DNA of 60,141 bases, counting the filler, from Basidioascus undulatus (lineage: Eukaryota): the NCBI GenBank assembly GCA_000826855.1. It is 5 parts of 5 records of this genome, joined end to end, with 100 filler letters (N's around TTAATTAATTAA, not from the genome) between each part and the next. Parts side by side here need not be neighbours in the genome. Positions count along the whole stretch, not along the records: positions 1 to 7,851 come from JTLS01001479.1; positions 7,952 to 36,312 come from JTLS01000148.1; 3 more parts are not named here. One strand, 5' to 3'. Below, in pieces: positions 1 to 10,369 of this stretch; within the stretch, counting starts at the first letter, position 1, and the number at the start of each line of letters is the position of its first letter. The notes under the pieces were generated by a model. The model did no database searches, was not told where the DNA came from, and worked only from the letters and a program-made list of their open reading frames with translations. A program made the translations under genes and the position numbers.

Positions 1-375
1 GCCGCCGCCCCGACCTCCCAACCTTCCACCGACCCCCCACCCCCCGCCTCCCCCGGCTCCTCAACCCATTCCGTCCCCGCCGTCCCCGCCGCTCCGCCCG
101 CACCAGGCGTCGCCTCCTCCGGCGCCACCCCATGGTTTGAGTCGCGCGAGGTGTTCGAGTACTGGGAGCAAAGGGGGAGGGAGGTGCTGGACCGGTTGGG
201 GATTTTGGGAGGGGAGGATGAGAGAGAGGAGGGGCGTGGGAACGAGAGGGGAGAGCGAGAAACCGAGGAGGTGAGGGTGGTGAGGAAGGGTGAGGGGGCG
301 GACGAGGAGGAGGTCGTTGAGCGGGTGCTGGTGGAGCGGACGGAGCGGGCAGTGCGGGTGGGTGAGGAGGCGTAG
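1..375 (+). CDS. 3' end of an unidentified protein-coding gene (partial, runs off contig start)
   Basis: Open frame from base 1: Pro/Ala-rich stretch, then ...TPWFESREVFEYWEQRGREVLDRLGI..., acidic tail, TAG at 373-375; GC-rich coding-like composition. Confidence 0.55.
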   Translation, partial: AAAPTSQPSTDPPPPASPGSSTHSVPAVPAAPPAPGVASSGATPWFESREVFEYWEQRGREVLDRLGILGGEDEREEGRGNERGERETEEVRVVRKGEGADEEEVVERVLVERTERAVRVGEEA

Positions 376-2380
376 GGTGAGGAGGCGTAGGGTGTGCTTG
401 GTGTGCGAAGGAAGGTGGTTGGTGTACGAGATGTGCATCTGTTTGTTGTAAATCGGACTTTGCCTTGTTGCCTTGCTCTTTCTTAGGTTTTGTGTGGACG
501 CTAGGATTGGTAGATTCTGCATGTTTTCAAACGCGTTCAGCATTCTGAGTTGTTCAGAACTGACGAAGCCAGTCAAAGTGCATGGCGCGTGCGCCGCGGC
601 TCGCAACAGGTGGTAGGATTTGAAGCCGATGAGTCTGCGACCATTTCAGCAGATCAGTTTGCCGACTGGATACCGGCAAGGACAGCACCGCTCTTAATCA
701 TGCCAAGATTAGAGCGCATTTGATGTCCAGTCCGAAGGGCATGTCGCTGGGTCCGTGGGCAACGCGCTGCGATACATCTGCGTTGCCCGCATGGTATGGC
801 TTGCTTTGGACACTTGTGTATTTAACTTGGGAACAGCGCTAGAGAACACTTATTAAAAACCTGTCGGAATACTGCGTTGTCGGTGCGTGGGCACGCGCAG
901 CTACGACGATGCTTGTCGCCTGTGGGTATTAACTCGCAGGTTCTTTCCTGAAGAATGATAGAACAGGCGTGCGCATCAGATTGCCGGTATCTCATCTCAT
1001 ATGACCACTGGGTTATCCTGCATGCTGTAGCCCCAGTGCACTTCATGGTATCGCGAGGAGAGCCGAAGAGCACACGCTTGATGCAAGCTGAACTACAAGT
1101 CTGGAACAAACCTTCAACCGCAACAGCACACGCAGTGTAGAAAGGGAAATATAAGCGACACGCCATCATGTCTTCAAGTTGGGGTCTGTGCGAACAATAC
1201 CAATGAATATAAGGCGTTTATTATTTTCACTGGTGGTATGTATTTCGTAAGCTACGCTGGCGTAGTGCAGGGCGAGCGGTAAAGATCAGAAGTGCGAGGG
1301 AACTAGAGAAGGTTGGCCCGCCGCGGTGCCACCGTCCGTAAACCACCCATCAGTTCATGCACACACGTATAAGACATTTATAGCAGTATTTATATGCACC
1401 TATTTTAGAATAGGCGAGAGAGAGGGGGGACACGGCCCCTTCGAACGTCGGGCTCTGGGTTAAACGATATGGCCGGAAGGGCGTTGGAGGGCTTGTTCGA
1501 ACTGGACATTGTGGTTTATATATCGCTTTTCATGGTGACCCTTCATTCTTCGGGAACTTGAAGCAGAGGAGGATATGGGCGACGGTTGGGAATGGCCAAT
1601 GCAGCCGCGGCTGCGGCGGCGATGCAGCCGAGACGCCGTTTTCCCCTTGGTGGCCTTCCGACTGCGTTGGAGCGGACATTCTTGAACCATTGGAAAAAAT
1701 GGAGCACTTTAATCATAGACTGGGAAAACAGAGTCCACTTCGTTCCCCAAGTCACTGATTGCCGCGGCATCTTTGAGGCGGCGGCAAAAGCGACGGTGGC
1801 ATTACGGGTTGGTTCTAGAGCAGGGTTCGCTTCGCTTTTCAAGTTTATTATACCTTTATGTATGGAAACGGATTACTGATGCATTCAAAATTCAAGATCC
1901 CTTCAGAACTGACGGAGGCAGTCTTGAGGGCGCAGTCTTCCCGATTTTCAGCTGTGCCTCGGTGTGCCTCGTCCCCCGCGGTATCCTGTCGATTTTATTC
2001 GGCGACCAGAGCTCACACTGTTCAGTATTTATTTACAGCTGTCTAACCTGCGCCTCAAGGAGTGTGGGTCAAGAAAACAGAACACCAAGCCCGTGATGTG
2101 CCCAAGTTGGAGGAGTTTCACAGCCGCTATTTGCCTTTTGGCTCGCCTCTCCCGTTACGCCTCTCAACTCGCCTCCCCCTGGATGTTTCATGACACGAGC
2201 CTGACCAGCCATCCCGGTTCAGCCCTTATAACTCTTTCGAACCCCACACGCGACAGAGCTCTCGTTATTCAGCGCTCTTCTCTTCATCTCGCCGAGAAAC
2301 GCTCATACTCGATCTTTCCACCGTCACGCTTGCCTCATTGCTACGCATCTATCCCATCATCACACCTATCACCTGCAGCC

Positions 2381-2670
2381 ATGCCACTTCCAATCGATGC
2401 GCAGGAGAACCTTGATAGCCTTGAGTCCACTATCGCCCTCGCACGCACTCTGAGGGCGTGATCCGAAGCTGAGGAAGAGGCGTCGCGCGCGCCGGTGGCG
2501 AAGATGCAGGACGCGATGTCTTGCCCAATGTAAGCCTCGATTGTGGGTTGCACGGGGAGGGGAGAATCAATGCTGGTCGGATCAGCTGGAACTCAAACAG
2601 ATGTTGCGATCTCTATCCGTGCGGGCATACCTTTTATTAGACGTGTCTTCACCAGGCGGAGGACGAGGTG
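2381..2670 (+). pseudogene. RING-HC zinc-finger protein pseudogene
   Basis: MPLPIDAQENLDSLESTIALARTLRA*SEAEEEASRAPVAKMQDAMSCPI | intron GTAAGC..AAACAG | CCDLYPCGHTFY*TCL. CxxC...CGHTF(C)xxC pattern with a Cys>Tyr change and two in-frame stops. Confidence 0.6.
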
Positions 2671-4596
2671 ACCATTTCCGTACTTCTCCTTTTCGCGTCC
2701 CTTGTGTACTTTCACTGTCTCACACATATCTGGATTTCAGGACATTGCACTCTCGAAGCCGCTCGCGTAGCTGTCCATCTCCTCTTTTCCCCCTTCCTTT
2801 TCCCCCAATCCCTCGCTCCCCCCCCCCTTCGCCACCGGCTCACCTGGCCCTCTCCTTTGCACGCAGGACCGCCGCTCCCGCTGCCCAGTTTGTCGAGAGG
2901 GCATCCTTTACCAAGAATCTTCTCCAAGCTTTGCGCTCGACATGATTGTGTCGCGGTGGGCGGCGAACCATCAAGTTCCTGACTACGTTGAGCGGAAAAG
3001 GTGCGCGTCTCCCTCGTCCCACCTTAGCGCCTCCTTGCGTTGATCTCCCCATCTCTCCAGTCCAAGATTGAGGATGACCCCCTGAACTTTGCATATTTAG
3101 TGCTGCTGTGCCTGCCGTATTTACCCATAGGCAGAGGGCTGCCCGGACCTCCCGCTCAACCTCCCGCTCAACCCCTGCGTCCGCTCCTGCATCCCTTCCT
3201 CTCATCCCATACGGCTCCCCGCTAAAGCTCCTTCTGTACGCCATCCCGTCCCGCCGGCGCCTTCACCGATGTAAGTGCCCGCGGCTGCGATCCCTGCACG
3301 TCCTTTCAACACCATCCACCTCCCCGCTCGAGTCGCTGGGGCACGCGCACTTACCGCACCCGCACTCGCCCGCCCGAAATCCTGCCCCGGCAACGCTGCC
3401 AGTGCAGGAACGCCGCGCTGTTGCAGCGGAACGCCGGCGCCTCGCTGCTGAGGAGGCACAGAGCGAGATACAGCGCCGCCTAACCGCGCTGGCTCAGCGC
3501 AGGCGTTGGGCTGCCGAGGAGCGTGAAGGGCAGCGGAGAGGCTGAGTATGTGCTGATGAGGAGGACCTGCGGGAGATTGTGGCCAGAGGGAGTGATAGTG
3601 GAGTGCGCTGTGAGGGATGTTGAACAGTGGGGAAGGGTTACGAGGACTTCGATGTCATTTGCTTCCTTCCGGGTCAGCTTTACCTGATTGCACTACGTTT
3701 GTGCCTTATTCTCTGCTCGAACTGTCCCTTTTGCTCTCCTCAGTTGAACGGAGGATAAGTAATGGCCCCACGCTCAGAGCTGCCTGCTCTTTCCCATTCG
3801 TAACGACTTTGAATACACCTTTGCTCTTGCCAATCGCACAGGCAAACCACTCTAATTTGGTTTCTGAGACGTTCGCGCCCTGGTTGTGGTGGCGGGGTTG
3901 CACGCACGATGTACTTGCACACCCGAGACTCATCCCTGAACGAAGATACGGTTGTTCGGCGAAAACCGCTAGTGTCCGTGGTCCTAGGCGGGGCAAGGTG
4001 ACGTGTAGGAACTTCCTGCCTCCTGGTATGGGTAAAATGTATGAAGGGGAGCAGTTGTTCAACTTGCTTTTGGGAGAAGACGATATCATTGCAGCCTTCC
4101 GATGCGTCCACAGCTCCATCCTCGGGTAGGTGGGTTGCATTGCACGGCAGCCCGCACACAGGCATAGGGCGTCCGATACCTTTTGAAGAGACCAACAAGC
4201 GCTCAAACCAGAGAAACTAGTGCTGTAGGCCCGGTGAACTAAGTATCAAAAAATGCTACAAAGCCATATCCGCTCCCTGCAACCTGTCACCTTCCGGACG
4301 TTTATGAGGCATTGAGTATGCGGGATGAGAGTCGAGGAACGGGGTGCAGCTGCCTGTCCAATTTTCTCAGTAACAACGGATAGGCGAGCTCTACAGAGAG
4401 CAAGGAAAAGGCAACGCACTCCCGCCGCCTCCCTCCGGAGCAAGCACTCGAGCGCCTGCGGCGTTTCGCATGGGCTGGCTTCAGCAAGTAGGCTTTCCTT
4501 GGATTTTTTAGTTGCTCTGGATTATTCTCAGCTTATGTACTTGGACTTAAACAGGCGATCCCACGAATGATACATGGACTGAAGGGCATGACGAAC

Positions 4597-5070
4597 GCCG
4601 AAAGGTGACCATGGTACCAAAAGGTGCCGGTCTGTTGACCGAGGCGGAATTGTGTAGGTGTATAACATTTCAGGCGCGATCTGTGAATAGTCAAGTTCAG
4701 CTGGGCTCCCGGAATGGTGTGTAATGAACATTCACAGGACACTGCGTGATGAAAGATCGTCCGTTTTCATGAGCTGTCGTGTTTTGGAACAGCCCGTGCC
4801 AATGCTGTATGAATAGAGAGAACGTGGCCATTCAGTGCATATTGTGGCATAGGGCGAGGTAGTAAAAGGAAAGAACAGTCTCACGGTTGAAGTACTCCTG
4901 CGCATCCTCGGGTCCGTCAAGCTGTTGGTAACGCTAATGCTGAGGGTGTCGCCCTTGTTGGCCGCGATCAGCGTCCCGGCGAAGATGCCATTGACGACCG
5001 TGGCGGAATGTGGGAAGCCATAGGCTGAAATCACGGCATTGCCGACGTCGCAGCTGTATTTGCGGGCCAT
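4597..5070 (-). pseudogene. laccase / multicopper oxidase N-terminal (cupredoxin domain 1) fragment
   Basis: Exons 5070-4885 (RKYSCDVGNAVISAYGFPHSATVVNGIFAGTLIAANKGDTLSISVTNSLTDPRMRRSTST), 4804-4736 (HWHGLFQNTTAHENGRSFITQCP) and 4680-4597 (IAPEMLYTYTIP/+1 frameshift/LGQQTGTFWYHGHLS). Copper motifs HWH and WYHxH present; no signal peptide; domains 2-3 not found. Confidence 0.9.
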
Positions 5071-5109
5071 GCCTGAGTGACTACCGGGAGGCGCTGCGTT
5101 TCCGCCGTT

Positions 5110-5609
5110 TGAGGAACTGCGTTTGTGCCATTCGGGAAAAACGCAACCAATCGATCAACGAAGTCCGGCCCCAATCAGGCCCTCAAGCTCATGCCCAAGC
5201 ATATTGACCGCACTAACTCGGCCTTCGTCGACACCCCCATTCCAGCTCTCCTGCCTCGCATCAAGGAAGCGATCAACGCTGCCCCTCGGCAAACCTCAAC
5301 ACTATCCGCGGTCTTTCTTCCATGGCTCCAACATTCAAGACCTACTTCCCACCGATGCTGGGCGCTGACGCGGGCTCGGTTGCTCATTTCTCCTCGGAAC
5401 TCGCTCTCCGAACCCCTCGTCACAAGGTCGCTATTGTCCGCATGGCTTCTGACTTTGACATCACTAACAGCATCCCTGAACTCCTCGAATACAATCGTTT
5501 CCTCAAAGACCCCGCATCCAGCCTCGCCTGGGCCTGCGACCCCACGCGGGGTCCAGTTCCCAGCCTTTGGAATCTTTCTTCTGTGGCTCGCATCCTCCGA
5601 GAAAGCTAA
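5110..5609 (+). pseudogene. intronless frameshifted ORF relic of unknown family (possible endogenous viral nucleoprotein fragment)
   Basis: Two overlapping frames (5125.. and 5322..5609) join near 5285 into about 160 aa of globular-looking sequence with C/T-ending codon bias and no introns. Confidence 0.35.
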
Positions 5610-7269
5610 CTAAGCCATTACTAATGGGCCAATCGAAGGTAATACTCACAAAAATTTTACGCGCCATGTGCCCTTTCACAGTGCTACAATTGCTCTCGCC
5701 CTGGCCTGGCCACACGGCGGTACGCTGTAACGCTTAAGACGGGTTGCATACCTGCGCTGGGCCGCCCCCACACCTTTCCTGACTGCCATTTCCCCGAACT
5801 CAAGGACAACTGCACTAACGCCAAACAAGTGCAGGCACATTTGTGCGACGGCCATGGGATTCTCTGATACGATATAACTCCCTGGGGGTGCGCCGCCGCG
5901 AGACCTTGACGATAAGCCGAAAAAGCAGCCTGTCTTTCCCTTACACGACGGAGGGTCACTTTCGCTAAGCGCAAGGTTATCCAACCTTGTACGAGGTTTT
6001 CGCCTTATTTCCTGTTGCCAGTCACATGCCCGGGATTCATAATATCGTCATTTGGAGCTCGCTCTTGGAACTCATAGCGCATGTTGGATAATGCACAAGC
6101 GTTGTGACAGGTGTCTTCAGCCGCATGCTCTTGGTCACCGTCACGGTGACGATCCTGATTACAGTCGAGGTAACGATCGTGGTTGTGACCACCATCTTCG
6201 ATCATTGAATCACACCATGGCGAAGAACCTTGCTCTGCTCGTATATAACGCGTGCGCTGCTGCCCTATGAACACATGATTACCAAACAGCCTTTGAGCTG
6301 ATCTAAGTTGCTGGTTCCCGAGCTTAAGGGTCCCCTTACGCTCAGACATCGCCAGACAACTCGTCCAGTCCCCCTCAGAGAAACTGAGTACCAAAGCCCG
6401 TGACAGGCACCGGGTGACAGTCTGTTATACGGTTGACGACATGCTATGTCGTCATACTCCGGGCAGGTAGTTAAGTTGCTCGGTCCAAGGCAAGGTCAGA
6501 CCACTGCAGCTTCCCTGCTCTTCCTTGAACCAGTTTATAGCTCCCATCACGCCAGCAAACGCGCAGTAGTTTGCGTAGGTTCCTTGCGTCCCGCGACTGC
6601 TCCCAAAAAATCCAGTCTCACATATGACTCTCAACAGGGACCATCATGAGCAACAGCAGGAATAGAAGAGCTAGGCGCAGGCGGTCCCGGTCCGTCGAGG
6701 TCTGTCGTTTTCTCGATTTGATAGGGCGATGATTGGTGCGAATGACCTACAGTACCAGGCTCAACCCGGCCAGAATATGGGTGCCAGCTCGTTGGCAGCA
6801 GACACGGACATCACCCAAACCCGCCATGCACGTGGTCAGTCGCAGAATTTCGTTTATTGTGCCTTGACAATGGCCTATATAGCTGATGATCTAACAGGAG
6901 CACCGCTGACCAACATCTCCTCGGAGTCGGCGCGGCACATTCAGTCCCATGAGGTCCATACTAGTCCCATTAAACCACAAACAACTAGTACTGACCAATC
7001 CACGTCCATCAGGCGCGCCGTGGACACGAGACTGGACGTGGTTCTGTGGCTGCTGAGGCTCAAGCAGCCGCGAACAGGTGACTTCCTTATTGAAGGAGTT
7101 TCCTGGAGGGCATTATGTTTTCATGCATGGTCCGACCTCAGTGCTGAGGTTGCGACAAGAAGAGCACCGTCTGTTCCATAAGGAAGCATTTGTGAAGATT
7201 AGGTTAAGCATTAAGAGCTCTCCATGCAATGCCGCTAGCACAAGAAGTGCAGGGGGACTACATGAGTGG

Positions 7270-7709
7270 TTAGGTAAGACTTGAATGCAAGCGGGTCACG
7301 ACTGACCTTGGCCCTGAGGGCTATGCGTGCCTCTTTTTCAAGCGGCAGTGCGAGGCGGCGGCGGATTGGCTCCTTGGGAAGGGGCGTGGGTGTCTCGTAA
7401 GCGACGGATGGGGTTAGCTGGTGCAGAGTGCACAATACAGTGCGCGTACAGGCCCAGTGCAAAGTGCTCTAGGCGCTGGCGGGGGGGACACCCTTTTACC
7501 GCTGCTGCGCTCTTGGCTTCCTGTGGCCGGCCTGCAATGACCCATGTCACGACTTCCCACCAGACCCTGTGAGCGTCCTCGAGCATGGGCTGGCGCTCCC
7601 GCACCTTGCCTGCCCATAGCCATGCGATGGGGCCGGCATACTCGAGAAGAGGGCGGACGAATGTCCTGTAGATGGTGAGCCTTGTGTGGGGAGACCACCG
7701 CCCACCTCT
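7270..7709 (-). mobile_element. 5'-truncated non-LTR (LINE-like) retrotransposon fragment: RT thumb/connection region
   Basis: Minus frame open from the telomere junction: RGGRWSPHTRLTIYRTFVRPLLEYAGPIAWLWAGKVRERQPMLEDAHRVWWEVVTWVIAG...RQRLEHFALGLYAHCIVHSAPANPIRRL. YxxFVRPxLEYA is the typical non-LTR RT thumb motif; frameshift near 7380 continues to ...DPLAFKSYLT. Confidence 0.8.
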
Positions 7710-7851
7710 GGTTAGGGTTTTAGGTTTTGGTAAGGTTAGGTTAGTTTTAGGTTAGGGTTAGGTTAGGTTAGGTTAGGTTGGGTTAGGTTGGGTTAGGTTA
7801 GGGTTAGGTTGGGTTAGGTTAGGTTAGGTTAGGTTGGTTGGGTTAGGTTAG
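7710..7851 (+). repeat. telomeric repeat tract, irregular TTAGG / TTAGGG / TTGGG
   Basis: G-rich strand running 5'->3' to the contig end; mainly TTAGG units interspersed with TTGGG, TTAGGG, TTTTAGG. Confidence 0.9.
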
Positions 7852-7951
7852 NNNNNNNNNNNNNNNNNNNNNNNNNNNNNNNNNNNNNNNNNNNNTTAAT
7901 TAATTAANNNNNNNNNNNNNNNNNNNNNNNNNNNNNNNNNNNNNNNNNNNN
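7852..7951. other. artificial contig-joining linker
   Basis: 44 N + TTAATTAATTAA (stops in all six frames) + 44 N. Confidence 0.98.
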
Positions 7952-8903
7952 TCGTGGAGCTGCGCGCGGTTGGGAAGGGCTTGCCGGGGAGCGTGGACCG
8001 CTGGGCTGAGGGGGTGGGGGAGGGGCATTGTTTCTTTTTTGGGTTGCGGGGTCGATGCGATATGGCTTTGGGTTATCGTGCGCTTGTGTGTGCCGGTGCG
8101 TGCTGGTGCACACGGTGGGTGGGGTGGTGCGCTGGTATCCTGCCTACTCTGTCAGAATTTTCACTGAGGGCTGTTTGTCTGAGTACAGGCAGGCCGCTGA
8201 TGTGGGTCCCCGCGGTCGCCGATGACGCGAAGCCGCACCCATCAGCTTCTCGGGTGATGGCCATAATCTTACATACATCCAAGGACAATCAAGTCCTTGC
8301 GTGCGTCTTGTATGGTGATGCTGGGGAAACATGCGCGCGTCGTGTCCCTGGACTGAACGGGAATAGGGAGGGCGAGCAAGGTAGGAGCACACTTCTTCCA
8401 CACTAGTCTCTTCCAGTATATCCCAGCTCCTTTTTTTAATGAAAAAGGTTCGGTCGTCCACGCCGCTCAAAGTGAGTGGTTATAGTTTACATATCAGGCC
8501 ACAGCTGTTCTGCACAGCGAGGTCCGATGCACGACTTCGGTAGGGCTCAACCATGAGGTGCATTCGGGACTTAGGCTCCTTCCATCTCCGCTGCACAAAG
8601 CACTTTGCAGACTTTACATGACATAAATAGGCCGGAGGCTGGTATAGCCTTTGGGTAGAGCTCGAGCGCGGTTGTCGAGCGCCTCTTCCTACACAGGATT
8701 GCAGTGAGGTTGCCCTGCGAAGTGAATTGTCAGGTACCTTATTTCACCAAAAAGTCCACAGGGGTGGGATTAAATTGAGGATTTCTACATTCCGACAGAC
8801 CACGAGGTAAACTCAGCCCCTGGTGCGGGCGGTTGTCGAGATACTCCTCCGCCTCCATGCTCCCCATCTTGCTCCCAAGCCCTCACCATCTCTCCCCACC
8901 AGA

Positions 8904-10005
8904 ATGACTCACCCCCTCCCCCCACCGCCACCTTCCCCCCCACTCTCCGTCCAAGCCCTCTTGACCCTCTTCGAAGCGCAGCAGAGCGCTCACCGACCCT
9001 GCAGGCGCGCATAGCGCAGCTCTCCTCCGACCTCGCCTCCTCCCGTGAAGACCGCGCGAGCTTGGCACTCGAATCTTCATTGCTCAGGGATCTGGCGCTC
9101 AAGACTGTCAAAGCCGGGGTGGCCCAGAGGATGAGGATGAAGGAAGGGTTCGAGGAGGCGCTTGCGGCTGCCGAGTCCGAGGCCGTGCGCGAGGCGGCGA
9201 GCTTTGTGAAGCTGAGGGGACGAATCGCTCAGCTCGAGCCGGTGCTGGAGGAGTGTTTGGGGAAAGATAAAGCGGATGTCGAGATGTGGAGGGAGGTGGG
9301 GCGGGTGAGCGCGTCGCGCGGCGCAGTCGGAGTCGCTGAGCACGGCGGTTCAGCTCCCTCTGCCGAGTCGCCTCTCCCTGCTGCCCAGTCCAATGGCCTC
9401 TTGCCGAATCCTCAGACGAGCCCAACTGATTCTAATTACTCCCTTTTCGATGCCTCTGTCGAGAAGGCCTCTGTTCCGTCAACGTTTCAAGCGCTCGCAG
9501 ACGCTTTCCTCCACCTCGACGGTGCGCGCTCTTTCTAGCTATTTCGTGATCAAGCACTGCGAGGATCTCGAACTCATGTTCTCGAGTACCGTCGAGGTTC
9601 TTTTATTGAGTTTGTCCAACTCGGGGCCCTAGATCAATGCGTCATCTTCAGTCGCGTCCCCACGGCCCTGGCAGCCAGCGACAGCGTGAGTCGCCACATT
9701 TCCCCACGGCCTCCCGAGCGCGAAGACAACTGCGTACTAACAGGAAATCCTCTTCCCCGAAGCTCGACCCCCGTTCTCGAATCGCCTGCCTCCAAGCTCG
9801 CACGGCCTTCCTGCGCAGTGTCGACAGCGCGTGCGCGTTTGAGCTCTGGCGGGCAGAGGGGCAGGTGCAGGGTGCGCTTGCTGTGCGCGGCGCTGGAAAG
9901 GCGAACATGAATGACATCTTACAGGCCTGTGGATTGTCTCTGATGATGGGCATGGGTGATGAGGAGCGGTTAAGGGAGAGGCCTAGGACGGCAAGGGGAG
10001 ACTGA
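8904..10005 (+). pseudogene. lineage-specific coiled-coil protein pseudogene
   Basis: MTHPLPPPPPSPPLSVQALLTLFEAQQSAH, frameshift near 8995, then LQARIAQLSSDLASSRED...AASFVKLRGRIAQLEPVLEE; introns GTGCGC.. and GTGAGT..CTAACAG; in-frame TAG near 9630. Confidence 0.5.
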
Positions 10006-10369
10006 CTTCGAGCATGCACACGGGAAGGACGCACGGGGAGCGAGATGGAACGTTTGTATATAGTTCGACTGCTTGGTATAAATTCAAGGTCTCGGAATTA
10101 TCGGATGGCGGTCTGCGATTTAGGGACCTCAAAATGAGAGGAACAATGCTGGCAGTGCAGGTGGTAAGGTCGAGTGGCACTCAGACAGGTACAGTTCAAC
10201 AGTCTGCCGGGCTAGAATTCAGGACGCATGTCTTTTAGAAAAATAGCTTGGGAGAAAGGGCGGGAAGGCATATGGGTGTTGGCCGCTGGCTGCAGTCGCT
10301 TCTGGGACACGATTACAGTCGAGCGGTGTAGCGATGCGTACATTCGCAGAGAACCACGCTGCCATATCA

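Noticed and set aside
7852..7951. TTAATTAATTAA palindrome within N runs (also at 36313, 44261, 52204)
   Set aside because: Identical 100-nt artificial spacers with six-frame stops; not biological
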